From the IMG/VR virus record IMGVR_UViG_2721755711_000001: a DNA stretch of 46,733 bases. One strand, written 5' to 3'. The DNA is from a virus (Duplodnaviria; Heunggongvirae; Uroviricota; Caudoviricetes). Made by a program: the position numbers and the translations under genes. Position 1 is the stretch's first letter. Every line of letters begins with the position of its first letter. Under the pieces are notes generated by a model that did not search any database, was not told the origin of the DNA, and saw nothing but the letters and a program-made list of their open reading frames with translations. This document shows positions 20,942-30,582 of the stretch, one piece after another.

Positions 20942-21988
20942 ATGGCCAATACTGTAAAAATATCCAGTTGTGAGTTAATCAACGCTGATTGCCTGGAATT
21001 TATCCGGACCTTACCGGAAAACTCCGTCGATCTGATAGTCACAGACCCGCCATACTTTAAAGTGAAGCCTGAGGGCTGGGATAACCAGTGGAAGGGCGAT
21101 GATGATTACCTGCAATGGCTGGACCAGTGTCTGGCGCAGTTCTGGCGGGTACTGAAGCCTGCCGGAAGTCTTTACCTGTTCTGTGGTCATCGACTGGCAT
21201 CTGACACCGAACTCATGATGCGTGAACGTTTTAATGTGTTGAACCACATTATCTGGGCGAAGCCGTCCGGACGCTGGAACGGGTGCAATAAGGAAAGTTT
21301 ACGGGCATATTTCCCGGCAACAGAGCGCATTCTGTTTGCTGAACATTATCAGGGGTCATACCAGCTCAAAAGTGACGGTTATGCAGCAAAAGGGCGCGAG
21401 CTTAAGCAGCACGTAATGGCCCCGCTGATTGCTTACTTTCGTGATGCGCGTGAATCACTGGGGATAACGTCAAAACAGATAGCTGAAGCCACCGGAAAGA
21501 AAAACATGGCTTCGCACTGGTTTGGTACCAGTCAGTGGCAGTTACCGAATGAGGCCGATTACAGTAAACTGCAGGCGCTGTTTGCACGTGTGGCGGCAGA
21601 AAAACACCAGCGCGGTGAACTGGAGCAGCCACACCACCAGCTGGTCAGCACATACAGCGAACTGAACCGGCAATATGCCAGCCTGCTGGAGGAATACAAA
21701 TCACTGCGGCGTTATTTTTCCGTATCGGCTGTTGTTCCTTATACGGATGTCTGGACGCACAAGCCCGTGCAGTATTATCCGGGTAAACATCCCTGTGAAA
21801 AACCGGCGGATATGTTGCGTCAGATAATTACTGCCAGCAGCCGTCCTGGCGATTTGGTCGCAGATTTTTTTATGGGGTCGGGGTCGACAATAAAAGCGGC
21901 ACTGTCGCTGGGACGCAGGGCGATTGGCGTGGAACTGGAAGAGGAACGTTTTAATCAGACGGTCAGAGAAATAACGAAAGATTTTTAA
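20942..21988 (+). CDS. DNA methyltransferase, amino-MTase (N6-adenine or N4-cytosine), no adjacent restriction enzyme gene
   Basis: DPPY catalytic motif near N-terminus and FFMGSGST AdoMet-binding motif near C-terminus. Confidence 0.8.
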   Translation: MANTVKISSCELINADCLEFIRTLPENSVDLIVTDPPYFKVKPEGWDNQWKGDDDYLQWLDQCLAQFWRVLKPAGSLYLFCGHRLASDTELMMRERFNVLNHIIWAKPSGRWNGCNKESLRAYFPATERILFAEHYQGSYQLKSDGYAAKGRELKQHVMAPLIAYFRDARESLGITSKQIAEATGKKNMASHWFGTSQWQLPNEADYSKLQALFARVAAEKHQRGELEQPHHQLVSTYSELNRQYASLLEEYKSLRRYFSVSAVVPYTDVWTHKPVQYYPGKHPCEKPADMLRQIITASSRPGDLVADFFMGSGSTIKAALSLGRRAIGVELEEERFNQTVREITKDF

Positions 21989-22206
21989 TTCAGTGATGAT
22001 ATACGTTGTATATTTCTGATACAGATGTATACACATATTTAAAACTGAACACCAAATATATTTTTGATGTCTGAAAAACTGTCGTTAGTATTCTGACTGG
22101 TCCGGAAGGTGGTTGTCTTTATGTTCACAGGGGTGTTGCTTGCCACCGGAAAGACCAGTGCTGGCTTTCCTGGTAATTCGTGTGATTCCGGAAGCCAGCA
22201 CAGTAT

Positions 22207-22281
22207 GCGGGTATCGTATAATGGCTATTACCTCAGCTTTCCAGGCTGATGATGCGGGTTCGATTCCCGCCACCCGCTCTC
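22207..22281 (+). tRNA. tRNA-Gly (anticodon UCC), left-arm copy, slightly degenerate
   Basis: Cloverleaf readable by eye: acceptor GCGGGTA, T-arm GCGGG-TTCGATT-CCCGC, anticodon loop TTTCCAG; A7-C66 mismatch; 3' end reads CTC, not CCA. Confidence 0.55.
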
Positions 22282-23166
22282 CAGTAAAACTGATGAGTCA
22301 TAGCTTTATTATCAGCACTGGCGAATTTTCGTGAAGAATCTGGTTGCGGACACTTTATTTTCTTCATTCTGTAATGCCTGGCCGGTTACAGTTTCAGTGC
22401 TGTGTTTTTTACATTGTTAATGGTATGCGTTATCAGAATGAGTCGTCGCCTGTACCGGGGCCTACGATTCGTCAGAATTGCGGTTGCAGGTTGACGACTC
22501 ATTCTGATACCGATAATTCGATACAAGTAATCCTGCTTAACTCTTACATGATGAATGCGTTAGCCCGTCTCCTGACGGGCATTTTTTTATCCATACACAG
22601 GGTTCGTACCGGCGGACCTTTTTCACATCTGTGTCCTGTACACACCACATCAGAAAACACCAGATAACACCACACAAAAGGTATCTGCGGGTGCCTTTGA
22701 CGGGGTGTTTTTTTTAAAAAAACACCCCATCAAAGGCACCCGCAGATGCCTTTTGTGTGGTGTTATCTGGTGTTTTCTGGTGTGGTGTGTGCAGGACACA
22801 GATGTGAAAAAGGTCCGCTGGTACGAACCCTGTATATGGATAAAAAAATGCCCGTCAGGAGACGGGCCAGAGCATTCATCGTGTAGTAATAGAATTATAT
22901 TTATATATGGTCGCCACCAGAATGAGTCGTCAACCTACAAAGCCACCCTGGCTTACTGTACGTGTGCGCATGGAACAGGTAACGACTCATTCTGCTAACG
23001 ACGTTTACAAGTAATAATCACATACCATTATGTAATACAAAAAAAGCAGCACTGAAACTGTAACCGTTCAGATATTACAGCATGAAGAAAAACAATAGTA
23101 CCTACAAAGCTGTTCTCCGCGAAAATTCGCCAGTGCTGATAAAGCTATGCCTCGTTTGTTTTACAA

Positions 23167-23241
<75 letters not shown>

Positions 23242-23244
23242 ATA

Positions 23245-23320
<76 letters not shown>

Positions 23321-23935
23321 GTTGGTTCCTCGGGAGTGAGATGAGATGCCCCGATACATAATGTATCATTCCCTCGGAACCACAAAAATAATACTAATAA
23401 ATAATCAGGATGCAATATTTACCAACTATGTAATTGTAAATTTGTTTGAATAAAAAATTACTAAACACGCCATATCGCCCCTCTAAAAAAGGGGGTCGTA
23501 ATAATATAAGTGATACTAAGCATCACATTACTAAATACATTGTATTAAGCTGGCGACCCGATGCGTAATCCCTTGATATTAAAAACTCCAAACAAAATCA
23601 GAATGCCATCTGAATACACAAAAAGCTGGCTTCACACCACCCTGTATGTGAACGCAGAACTCATCACCCCACGCGCTTTCGCAGCCAGTACACAACCTGT
23701 GTCAAACGCTGGCAGATGAACAATGAAACTGCCAGCACGGTCACCTATCTTAGTTCGCGTCTCGTATTCTGCTTGATAATAAGTTTCCCGTTCTTCTCTT
23801 ATTGTGCATTTTTCAGTTTATCTGTCAGTAGCATTTTGACATACCAATAATTCCTGTCGAGAAAATCAGTGAGCTAAAAAACCGTATTCACAGCCTCGGG
23901 CACGTTTAACGTACCGCACCACTTTTCGGGCGTAA

Positions 23936-23964
23936 AAAAACCCACATTAAGCGGGTTTTCAGGT
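23936..23964 (-). terminator. Intrinsic terminator just downstream of the Q-like gene (tR'-like position)
   Basis: Minus strand AACCCGC-TTAAT-GTGGGTT followed by a T-run. Confidence 0.4.
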
Positions 23965-24039
23965 GTCCATGTCTGCTATACGCCTCGTGATACAGCTTTA
24001 CGAAGCGTACCAAAATTGAAGCAGTTTGTACGTAAAAAA

Positions 24040-24495
24040 TCAAGCCATTTTTTGAGCAAATGATTCTCGCATGGGAATGTATAGCGCATACTCAGCAACA
24101 GCCAACCAATTAGCAATTCGCTTTTCGCATGTGCTAAAACACCACTCTGGGTGTGCATCATTTAGCAATTCAGCCATTTTTCGCTTAGTCATCCCCCGCC
24201 CCTCATAGCGTTGCCGGAGAATACAAATCAATCCCGGATGATCCGCCATAACTTCGCCAATAACTCTGTCGATTATTAATGCCTCTGAATCGGCACAATG
24301 TGCCAGCCAGCTCTTTTGCTTGCCGTTAATCATATCCCGCAAAAAAGCCTCAAGTTCAGGCTTGTCCAGACCTGCTTTTTTCATCCTCCGGAGCACCTCG
24401 TTAATTGCCGTTTTTGTCAGCTTTTTAGAGGTCAACATCTGGTTAAACATATTCCCTGTCTTACCGCCACCAATATACGACCAGCGCCCCCACAT
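24040..24495 (-). CDS. Putative late antiterminator Q-like protein, called by position
   Basis: Lies between the ybcO-like gene and the tR'-like terminator/tRNAs; start at ATG 24495 chosen to avoid overlap with ybcO-like gene; family assignment uncertain. Confidence 0.4.
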   Translation of the reverse strand: MWGRWSYIGGGKTGNMFNQMLTSKKLTKTAINEVLRRMKKAGLDKPELEAFLRDMINGKQKSWLAHCADSEALIIDRVIGEVMADHPGLICILRQRYEGRGMTKRKMAELLNDAHPEWCFSTCEKRIANWLAVAEYALYIPMRESFAQKMA

Positions 24496-24578
24496 ACGCA
24501 GTTTTCCCTGAAACCAGACACTTTCCAGCGTAGTGAGACGAAGGTGTTCTCCGCTTTTTCCTGTATTCGTTGGGTAAA

Positions 24579-24869
24579 TCACAAATATCCCTCCTTTCTC
24601 CAGATTTCTTGTGTGCGAAAAACACCTTCTGCATGCATCAGGCGCAATTCTTCTTTGGTGTAATCGATGGTTTTTACTCTCCCGTCGATTAAATCGTGGC
24701 ACGAGCTACAGGCAATCGCCGCCTGCATATCGTGTGGTTTTGTCGCTGTTCCACACGTCCCCGCCAGCCTGTAATGTGCCAGCACAGACGTTCCGGGATT
24801 GTGATTGCAGTAGCCAGGAATTCTGACCTGGCACATCTGGCCCCGCGCCGCTTTACGCAAATTCACCAT
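24579..24869 (-). CDS. YbcO-like DUF1364 phage protein (Cys-rich, putative nuclease)
   Basis: LRKAARGQMCQVRIPGYCN...SVLAH...GTCGT...KP...AIACSSCHD resembles DLP12 YbcO as recalled. Confidence 0.65.
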   Translation of the reverse strand: MVNLRKAARGQMCQVRIPGYCNHNPGTSVLAHYRLAGTCGTATKPHDMQAAIACSSCHDLIDGRVKTIDYTKEELRLMHAEGVFRTQEIWRKEGYL

Positions 24870-25480
24870 TACGCAAACTCCAGCAGCTGCGCGGCCACAT
24901 TTTCGACTTGTTCCGGAGAGGAAAATTTACGGAACAGGATCCAGTTCCACAGCACATTCAGTACAGATTTATAAACCTGCTGAAACTCGGTTTCGTCCAT
25001 ATTCGCAAACGCGATTGATTTCGCCCTGCGCCCACGGCTACCATCCGGATAAAAATGCTCGGTGTAAAATCCGGCCTGAATGATTACCCACTCGCGGAAA
25101 GCGTCAAATGACTTAAGCAATGCCGTATCCCGGGTTCTGCGTGTCGCAACTGTATTCAGATATTGCTCTGCGGCTTCGCTCAGAGCTGGCGTATGTTCCC
25201 GGCCTACTGATTCACACAGGTAATCAACGAATCCTGATACCATTTCTCGTTCTCGAGGTGTGATCGCCCCACCGATCGGAGTCCAGTAATCGAATCCCAG
25301 TTGCAGGAGTTTGAAAAAACGCTTGTGGAATGCGTAGTTACGCACACGCTTAAAGTCTGCGTGTATCCACTCACCTATTTTGATTTGATACAGAAAATCG
25401 CAACTCTCCGGCGTCGCCGGGAGAAGTAATCCGGAAGAGGTTTGTTTGACCAGTTGTATATGCGCCATTGCTTTCTCCAA
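24869..25480 (-). CDS. YbcN-like DUF1367 phage protein
   Basis: MAHIQLVKQTSSGLLLPATPESCDFLYQIKIGEWIHADF resembles DLP12 YbcN as recalled. Confidence 0.6.
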   Translation of the reverse strand: MEKAMAHIQLVKQTSSGLLLPATPESCDFLYQIKIGEWIHADFKRVRNYAFHKRFFKLLQLGFDYWTPIGGAITPREREMVSGFVDYLCESVGREHTPALSEAAEQYLNTVATRRTRDTALLKSFDAFREWVIIQAGFYTEHFYPDGSRGRRAKSIAFANMDETEFQQVYKSVLNVLWNWILFRKFSSPEQVENVAAQLLEFA

Positions 25481-25527
25481 TAGCGCTGTAGGTTGCCAGG
25501 TGTTCAGGCTGGCTTACGAATTATAAC

Positions 25528-25701
25528 TCATTCCCAAACTACCTTGAAACCGAGCCTTTCCAGGTATTCAATGAATGCCTCGATAGATAAAATTACATGA
25601 TCATCAGGAATTAACGTTGCGTAGATAACTTCCCCATTCTCAACGCGCACAGCATAGAGGCCATTTTCACTAAAAATTTCACGCAATTCTTCGATTTTCA
25701 T
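25528..25701 (-). CDS. Small hypothetical protein
   Basis: ATG of MKIEELREIF chosen within ORF 25528..25770. Confidence 0.35.
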   Translation of the reverse strand: MKIEELREIFSENGLYAVRVENGEVIYATLIPDDHVILSIEAFIEYLERLGFKVVWE

Positions 25702-25954
25702 CAGCAGAATCCTTCTGGATAAATAACTTTCCCCTGTTTGGGGGCCATCCCTCTTCTCCCTGCGCGCCAATCAAGTAATGAGATTCTATTTCCCCCGTAA
25801 TTAGCCTCAAGAACAACAAATCACAAAAACACAAAAAGCCTGTTTGATTAAAAATAATCGTAACAAAAAACCCGTCGAAGCGGGTTAAGTACGGGGGCGT
25901 TGAAGATGCCTGACACATCAGAGGAGGCGGGAGATTTCTCTCCCGCCAGGTCTC

Positions 25955-26092
25955 TTACTCCTCAGGTTCGTAAGCTGTAAAGACAGCGACCTCCGTCTGA
26001 CCGATTCGGATTTGTACCTCACAGAGGTCTTTCCTCGTTACCAGTGTCGTCACTATGACGGTTAAACAGATGACGATCAGGACGATTAACAT
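25955..26092 (-). CDS. hok: Hok/Gef-family type I toxin (small membrane peptide)
   Basis: 45-aa ORF MLIVLIVICLTVIVTTLVTRKDLCEVQIRIGQTEVAVFTAYEPEE matches the Hok/RelF family as recalled; overlapping mok-like frame upstream; GC hairpin and T-run terminator downstream; below the ORF-track cutoff. Confidence 0.65.
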   Translation of the reverse strand: MLIVLIVICLTVIVTTLVTRKDLCEVQIRIGQTEVAVFTAYEPEE

Positions 26093-26550
26093 CACCTTTT
26101 GCTACTTTATAGCCTGCTATGCCTTTCATGCATTCTTGGCTATACTAACCTTATACCTACAACACGAGAGACGCAGAAATGACCGTTCATGGCATATCAA
26201 CAGGCAGTATCGTTCACTTACGTGAAAAAGATGGAGAATGGCTCGTAGTGCACATTCTTAATGACGACATTGTATATGTCCTCAAAAATGCAGATTCAGG
26301 TGAAGAAATAAAAGTCACTCTTCAAGACATCAATACACCCAATAAATAATCCCTCCACAATCCCACGGGGGGGTATTGTTCTTCTTATCATCACAACCGC
26401 ATCACACCACCAATTGCTCATTGCTGACAACACCCCAGCCATGCTACTCCTAAACGGTTTTATAGTGCTATAGCCCCGGATGTCTGTTGTCGTCAACAGA
26501 CATAACAAGCTAAAATAACAACATTCCCCAACAACGAAGGACTTAATACC

Positions 26551-26838
26551 ATGGCTCAGGTCTATTTTGATACTCTGAAATTCGTTGAAACCCTAGAAGC
26601 CGCCGGAATGCCTGCAGCACAAGCTCGCGCCATATCTGCTGCAGTAAAGGATTCTCACGAAGCGGCAGAAGTCGCTACAAAGCGCGACCTGAACGATGTT
26701 AAAACTGAACTAAAAAATGACATTGCTGCCATTGATGCAAAAATTGATAAACTCACCCTGCAACTGACTGTCAGATTTGGCGGGATGCTCGTCGTTGCTG
26801 TTGGCGCACTGGCAGCCATCATGAAGCTACCTCTTTAA
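26551..26838 (+). CDS. DUF1640-like coiled-coil protein with C-terminal transmembrane anchor
   Basis: MAQVYFDTLKFVETLEAAGMPAAQA N-terminus and hydrophobic C-terminus. Confidence 0.45.
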   Translation: MAQVYFDTLKFVETLEAAGMPAAQARAISAAVKDSHEAAEVATKRDLNDVKTELKNDIAAIDAKIDKLTLQLTVRFGGMLVVAVGALAAIMKLPL

Positions 26839-26946
26839 AAAACCAGCCCTAATGGGCTGGCTTTTGTTATCCCCAGCAGAAAATCGAATACACCACCAGC
26901 GCCACCGCCATCGCAATTCCTGCCGTTGTGAATGCTTCAGGCCAGG

Positions 26947-27309
26947 TCATCGTAAAACATCCTCCACGCTTGTCAGTCCGTTTCGCTCCAGGTAGTCCAT
27001 CGCCTTATCCGGCAGTTTGCAGTCCGGCTTCGCTTTCCTCAGTTGCCAGGCTAACTGCTTTACCTGCATAGTTAACTCGTCGACCAGACGCTGATACCCC
27101 ACTGGTTTGTATTCATAAAATTTACCAACTGGCGCTGCTGCCAGCGATTGCAGTGCAATTTCCAGAACAGCAATATCCATCTTATATGCGCGAATGAGGT
27201 CATGGTCGATTGTGCCTGGTATGCACAGTCTCTGTGATTCAATAGCCTCCTCTGCGTGGGCTATTAACTGCTCTTTGGTAAACCGTTCTTCTTTGGTCAA
27301 AGTCGCCAT
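26947..27309 (-). CDS. Hypothetical protein
   Basis: ORF directly abutting the upstream gene. Confidence 0.4.
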   Translation of the reverse strand: MATLTKEERFTKEQLIAHAEEAIESQRLCIPGTIDHDLIRAYKMDIAVLEIALQSLAAAPVGKFYEYKPVGYQRLVDELTMQVKQLAWQLRKAKPDCKLPDKAMDYLERNGLTSVEDVLR

Positions 27310-27564
27310 TTACTCTTCCACTTCGTCTTTTATTTCGTAAATTGAGTAATTGCAGTGATTAAAGAAAACATCAATTGCCTCGTTTTCTATTTCCTCAGGA
27401 GTCGCATCATCATCCACTTCAAATACATCTTCACGCACGTTACCAACAATCCTCGTTTCGATAACTATTTTGAATTTTCGCATTGTCTTACCGCCCTTTC
27501 GGGCGGCCTCCTGATGTTTTGAGGGTGCAGAAATCCCTCCGGTTAAGGATTTAATAAAAATCAC
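27310..27564 (-). CDS. Hypothetical small acidic protein
   Basis: ORF; likely true start at the MRKFK ATG. Confidence 0.35.
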   Translation of the reverse strand: MIFIKSLTGGISAPSKHQEAARKGGKTMRKFKIVIETRIVGNVREDVFEVDDDATPEEIENEAIDVFFNHCNYSIYEIKDEVEE

Positions 27565-27609
27565 TTCTGATTTAAATTTCAGTGTCTTATTGTCAGTTTG
27601 TTTATCGCT

Positions 27610-27948
27610 TTATGCCTGAACCTTATTTCTCATCCATACACAAACCGGGCCGTCTTCCGTGTCATGAATGGAGCCAATAAACCACCCATCACCCTCTGGT
27701 CGTTCCGGCTCCCATGCGGAAATATCAGGACCATCCGCATCCGGATTAAAATCATCTTCATCCATTGCGCGAATGGTCCACTGAAGATTATTCGCCTTCA
27801 TCCAGGCATTAAATTCTTCCGTCGAAATATACTCCCGGCCATCACAAAATTTTTCATATTCAGGATGTATCCAGCAGCCATATGCATCACGTTCTACCGG
27901 CATTTCTTTGATTTCGTTCATAACATTAACTCCATTAAAATAATGCAA
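27610..27948 (-). CDS. Hypothetical protein
   Basis: ORF; Trp/Asp-rich. Confidence 0.4.
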   Translation of the reverse strand: MHYFNGVNVMNEIKEMPVERDAYGCWIHPEYEKFCDGREYISTEEFNAWMKANNLQWTIRAMDEDDFNPDADGPDISAWEPERPEGDGWFIGSIHDTEDGPVCVWMRNKVQA

Positions 27949-28061
27949 AACAAATTAACCACACCACTACAACCGATGCTATTAACACCCTGATTGCAAA
28001 CAGTGGACTGATATGTCGAAAAGGATTTTCCCAGATAATAAAAGCCGCTGCCAGAAACATA

Positions 28062-28400
28062 CTCCACCGCTTCTTTGAGGATCTCAACTTCCATGTTTTT
28101 TTTACCCAGCAAGCGCTGTAACTCTTTTATTTGTTTTATAGCGGCAGCCAGTTCTGAGGCAGGAACGACATCCTCTCCGGCAGCAACAGCAGTGAGACCT
28201 CCTTCCAGATATTGTTTTTTCCACTTAAACAACAGGCTGGGCTGAATACCATGCAAACGCGCCACATGGGACACCGTCATACCGGGTTCCATTGTCTGCT
28301 GAATAATGGCGATTTTTTCCTGAGGAGTTTTACGTTTACGAAGCTCCTGCCCCTGCAAAATTCCAGTCATCTCAAAATTAGAACTAGTGTTAGACATATA
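28062..28400 (-). mobile_element. IS3-family (IS2-group-like) orfA remnant; no orfB follows
   Basis: [25 protein letters not shown]...[18 protein letters not shown] resembles IS2 InsC; reading frame leaves the IS sequence after KEAVEY. Confidence 0.6.
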
Positions 28401-28742
28401 TCCAAGCCTATCTCTTATTTTAAGATACATCCACTGTCTGGCGTTTCAAGGGGCCGATTCAATTCTTTGCGCTACCACAGTTTTTTATGTAAGTATGGAT
28501 GAAGGGAAAAGAAAGGAAAAACATTTTGTTTTTTGTGATTGTTGTTACATAATAAATAAAAAACAATTGATTATATTGCTGTATTGTGCTGTAAATAAGT
28601 GCTTCACTTTGTCTGGTACTGATTTATTCCCGGGGGTGGAGGGGCATGGCAGATGAAGGGAGGGATGAATCGGGACTTTTTGTTTAATTCGTTGACAGCA
28701 ACAGTCATAAGAGAAAGCAACAATTCACATATGGAGCAGTTT

Positions 28743-29438
28743 ATGAAAACTATCTTCATAGCAGAGCCTGTCGTGACGGCGGGTAACAGTAACAGGCTGA
28801 TTGCGGTGGAAATTCTGAGCCGATTTTATTCTGTTAATGGAAAACAACTTCCTACCGTGAAAACGCTGAATATGTTTACAGCAGAGATGAAAATTGATTT
28901 GCTGGAATTACAGATAAGAAAAATAATAAGTAAAGCTTCTTTTTTTAGCAAGCATAATATACTGTGTTCTCTTAACGTCGATTATGATACATGTCAGTAT
29001 ATATACAGAAATAAAAACATTCAGGATATAATAAAGTCATATGATTTTATTGTTCTTGAGATTTCTGAAACATATCCGGTCATAAAGGCTGATGATGCAA
29101 TAATTCCTTTTCTCATTAATTTGTCAGAACATATCTGGCTGGATGATTTAGGGAGTGGTAACAGTACAATACATACATTGATAAGAAATAAATTCCAGGC
29201 AGTGAAACTTGACAAAAGTTTTTTTCAAAAACACAGTATGAAACCGCATTTTTCTGCATTAATAGACAATATAAAAAGATTTTGCCCTCTGGTTATTGCC
29301 GAGGGTGTTGAAAATAAGGATTATCTGCATGCTGCTTCAGGAACTGGTTTATGGGGGGTTCAGGGATATTATTTTCCATCAGTACAGCTTGAGGATATTC
29401 ATCAGATAAAGTTGGATTTTTCTGAGATCATCAGCTGA
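28743..29438 (+). CDS. Degenerate EAL-domain protein, YdiV-like (probably catalytically inactive)
   Basis: EAL-domain landmarks present but altered (EISE for EAL, DDLGSGNST, VIAEGVE, QGYYF); AT-rich; start at ATG 28743 with GGAG RBS. Confidence 0.65.
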   Translation: MKTIFIAEPVVTAGNSNRLIAVEILSRFYSVNGKQLPTVKTLNMFTAEMKIDLLELQIRKIISKASFFSKHNILCSLNVDYDTCQYIYRNKNIQDIIKSYDFIVLEISETYPVIKADDAIIPFLINLSEHIWLDDLGSGNSTIHTLIRNKFQAVKLDKSFFQKHSMKPHFSALIDNIKRFCPLVIAEGVENKDYLHAASGTGLWGVQGYYFPSVQLEDIHQIKLDFSEIIS

Positions 29439-30582
29439 TGAGTCTGTCATACTCTTTCTTCCCTGACATATCTGGGCAGTGTTTAAGCATAATAGTCATA
29501 AGAAAACTGGTTATTATATTTTCCGAGGTGGAATTCAGAACAGGTTTCCCTTTTCGAGCTCAAGCTGTTAATTCTTTGGGAAGAGCTCCGGATGCGTAAC
29601 GTATTTCCAGCTCTCCCGTAAAATACCATCCTAGTAACATAGTAAAGGTTCAGACAAATCACATCTGTGTATTGATGAGCACAACATTTACCATAGAAGG
29701 CCAGCATTACATTGACAAACGTCAGTGGTCTGTTCTGTGGATCCTGGTTCCGGGCATATCCAAATACCTGACGGAAATATTTTTCCTGTGGTCGGGTTAA
29801 TCTGTTAGTACCAGTGATATATAAGACGGTCAAAGATCGTGGTGTTGACACGACATTAGATTATCAGGCAGTTCACAATTTCATGGAACCATGTAAATGG
29901 ATTGTCACGCTATCGGGTCAGGAAGGGCAGGAACAATTAGTATCTGTACAGTAATTACAAAAGTGTCTTCATGCCGACTAAAAAGTTTCCTTTCTTTTTC
30001 CATGCAATTAGCGTGATGTTTACATGAAAAAGTGTTGGTAATTAATGAATAAGTATTTTCAGGATAATCAGTATCTCTGAAACGAAATTCACCTGTTTAC
30101 ATGTGAACAAAAAAGCAACTCATAATATTACTGTCTTTTGTTTTTCCATTTTTTGATATACTTGTTTTTGATTTTTGTCTAATTTTTGCTTTTTTGTTTG
30201 TACGGTTAAAAATGCTGCTTAATGCAAATTAAACGATCTTTTTATTTGTTATTTTGCTGCCTATTGGAGTTATTTTTTGTGTTTTTTGTGCTTTTTGGTT
30301 TGTTTGTCTTTATTGTGTCGTTTTTGCAGATAAAAAGATCGTTTTTTGTTATTTACTGGGATAAAGTATCTATATATCCTGTGTGCGAATTTTATTCTTT
30401 CTCTGTTTTATGGTTAAGGAGAAGATGTGCAAAAAAAGTAAAAGAGAAGGATGTTTTAATACCAGGAAAGGTATTTGAGTTTGTTTTTCCGTTGTTAATG
30501 GAGTTGTCTTCGGTTCGTAGTGAGAGGGTTATTTATGCGCTCAGGGATTTTCTGGTCTGGGGATATACAAGGTGTGAAAGGT

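Noticed and set aside
22085-22334. ORFs 22085..22273 (-) and 22113..22334 (+), and 23082..23282 (+)
   Set aside because: They overlap tRNA genes or tRNA-like sequence on either strand; the tRNA interpretation is much better supported.
22344-22998. ORFs 22344..22667 and 22705..22998 across the palindrome arms
   Set aside because: They read through the conserved stem-loops and palindromic core; the mirrored sequence produces mirror-image open frames, and the region is better explained as structured non-coding DNA.
24040-24702. Full 220-aa extent of the minus-strand ORF
   Set aside because: Its 5' portion overlaps the ybcO-like gene in another frame; the internal ATG at 24495, which has an upstream RBS-like sequence, is the more plausible start.
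26179-26349. 56-codon plus-strand ORF beginning MTVHGISTGS
   Set aside because: It overlaps the expected hok mRNA leader and Sok antisense region and has only a weak RBS. It is kept as a possibility but not called as a gene.
29483-29960. ORF 29483..29851 (-) and short plus-strand frames in the same stretch
   Set aside because: The fragments read like remnants of a disrupted gene, with no consistent frame or recognisable product, and are treated as decayed sequence.
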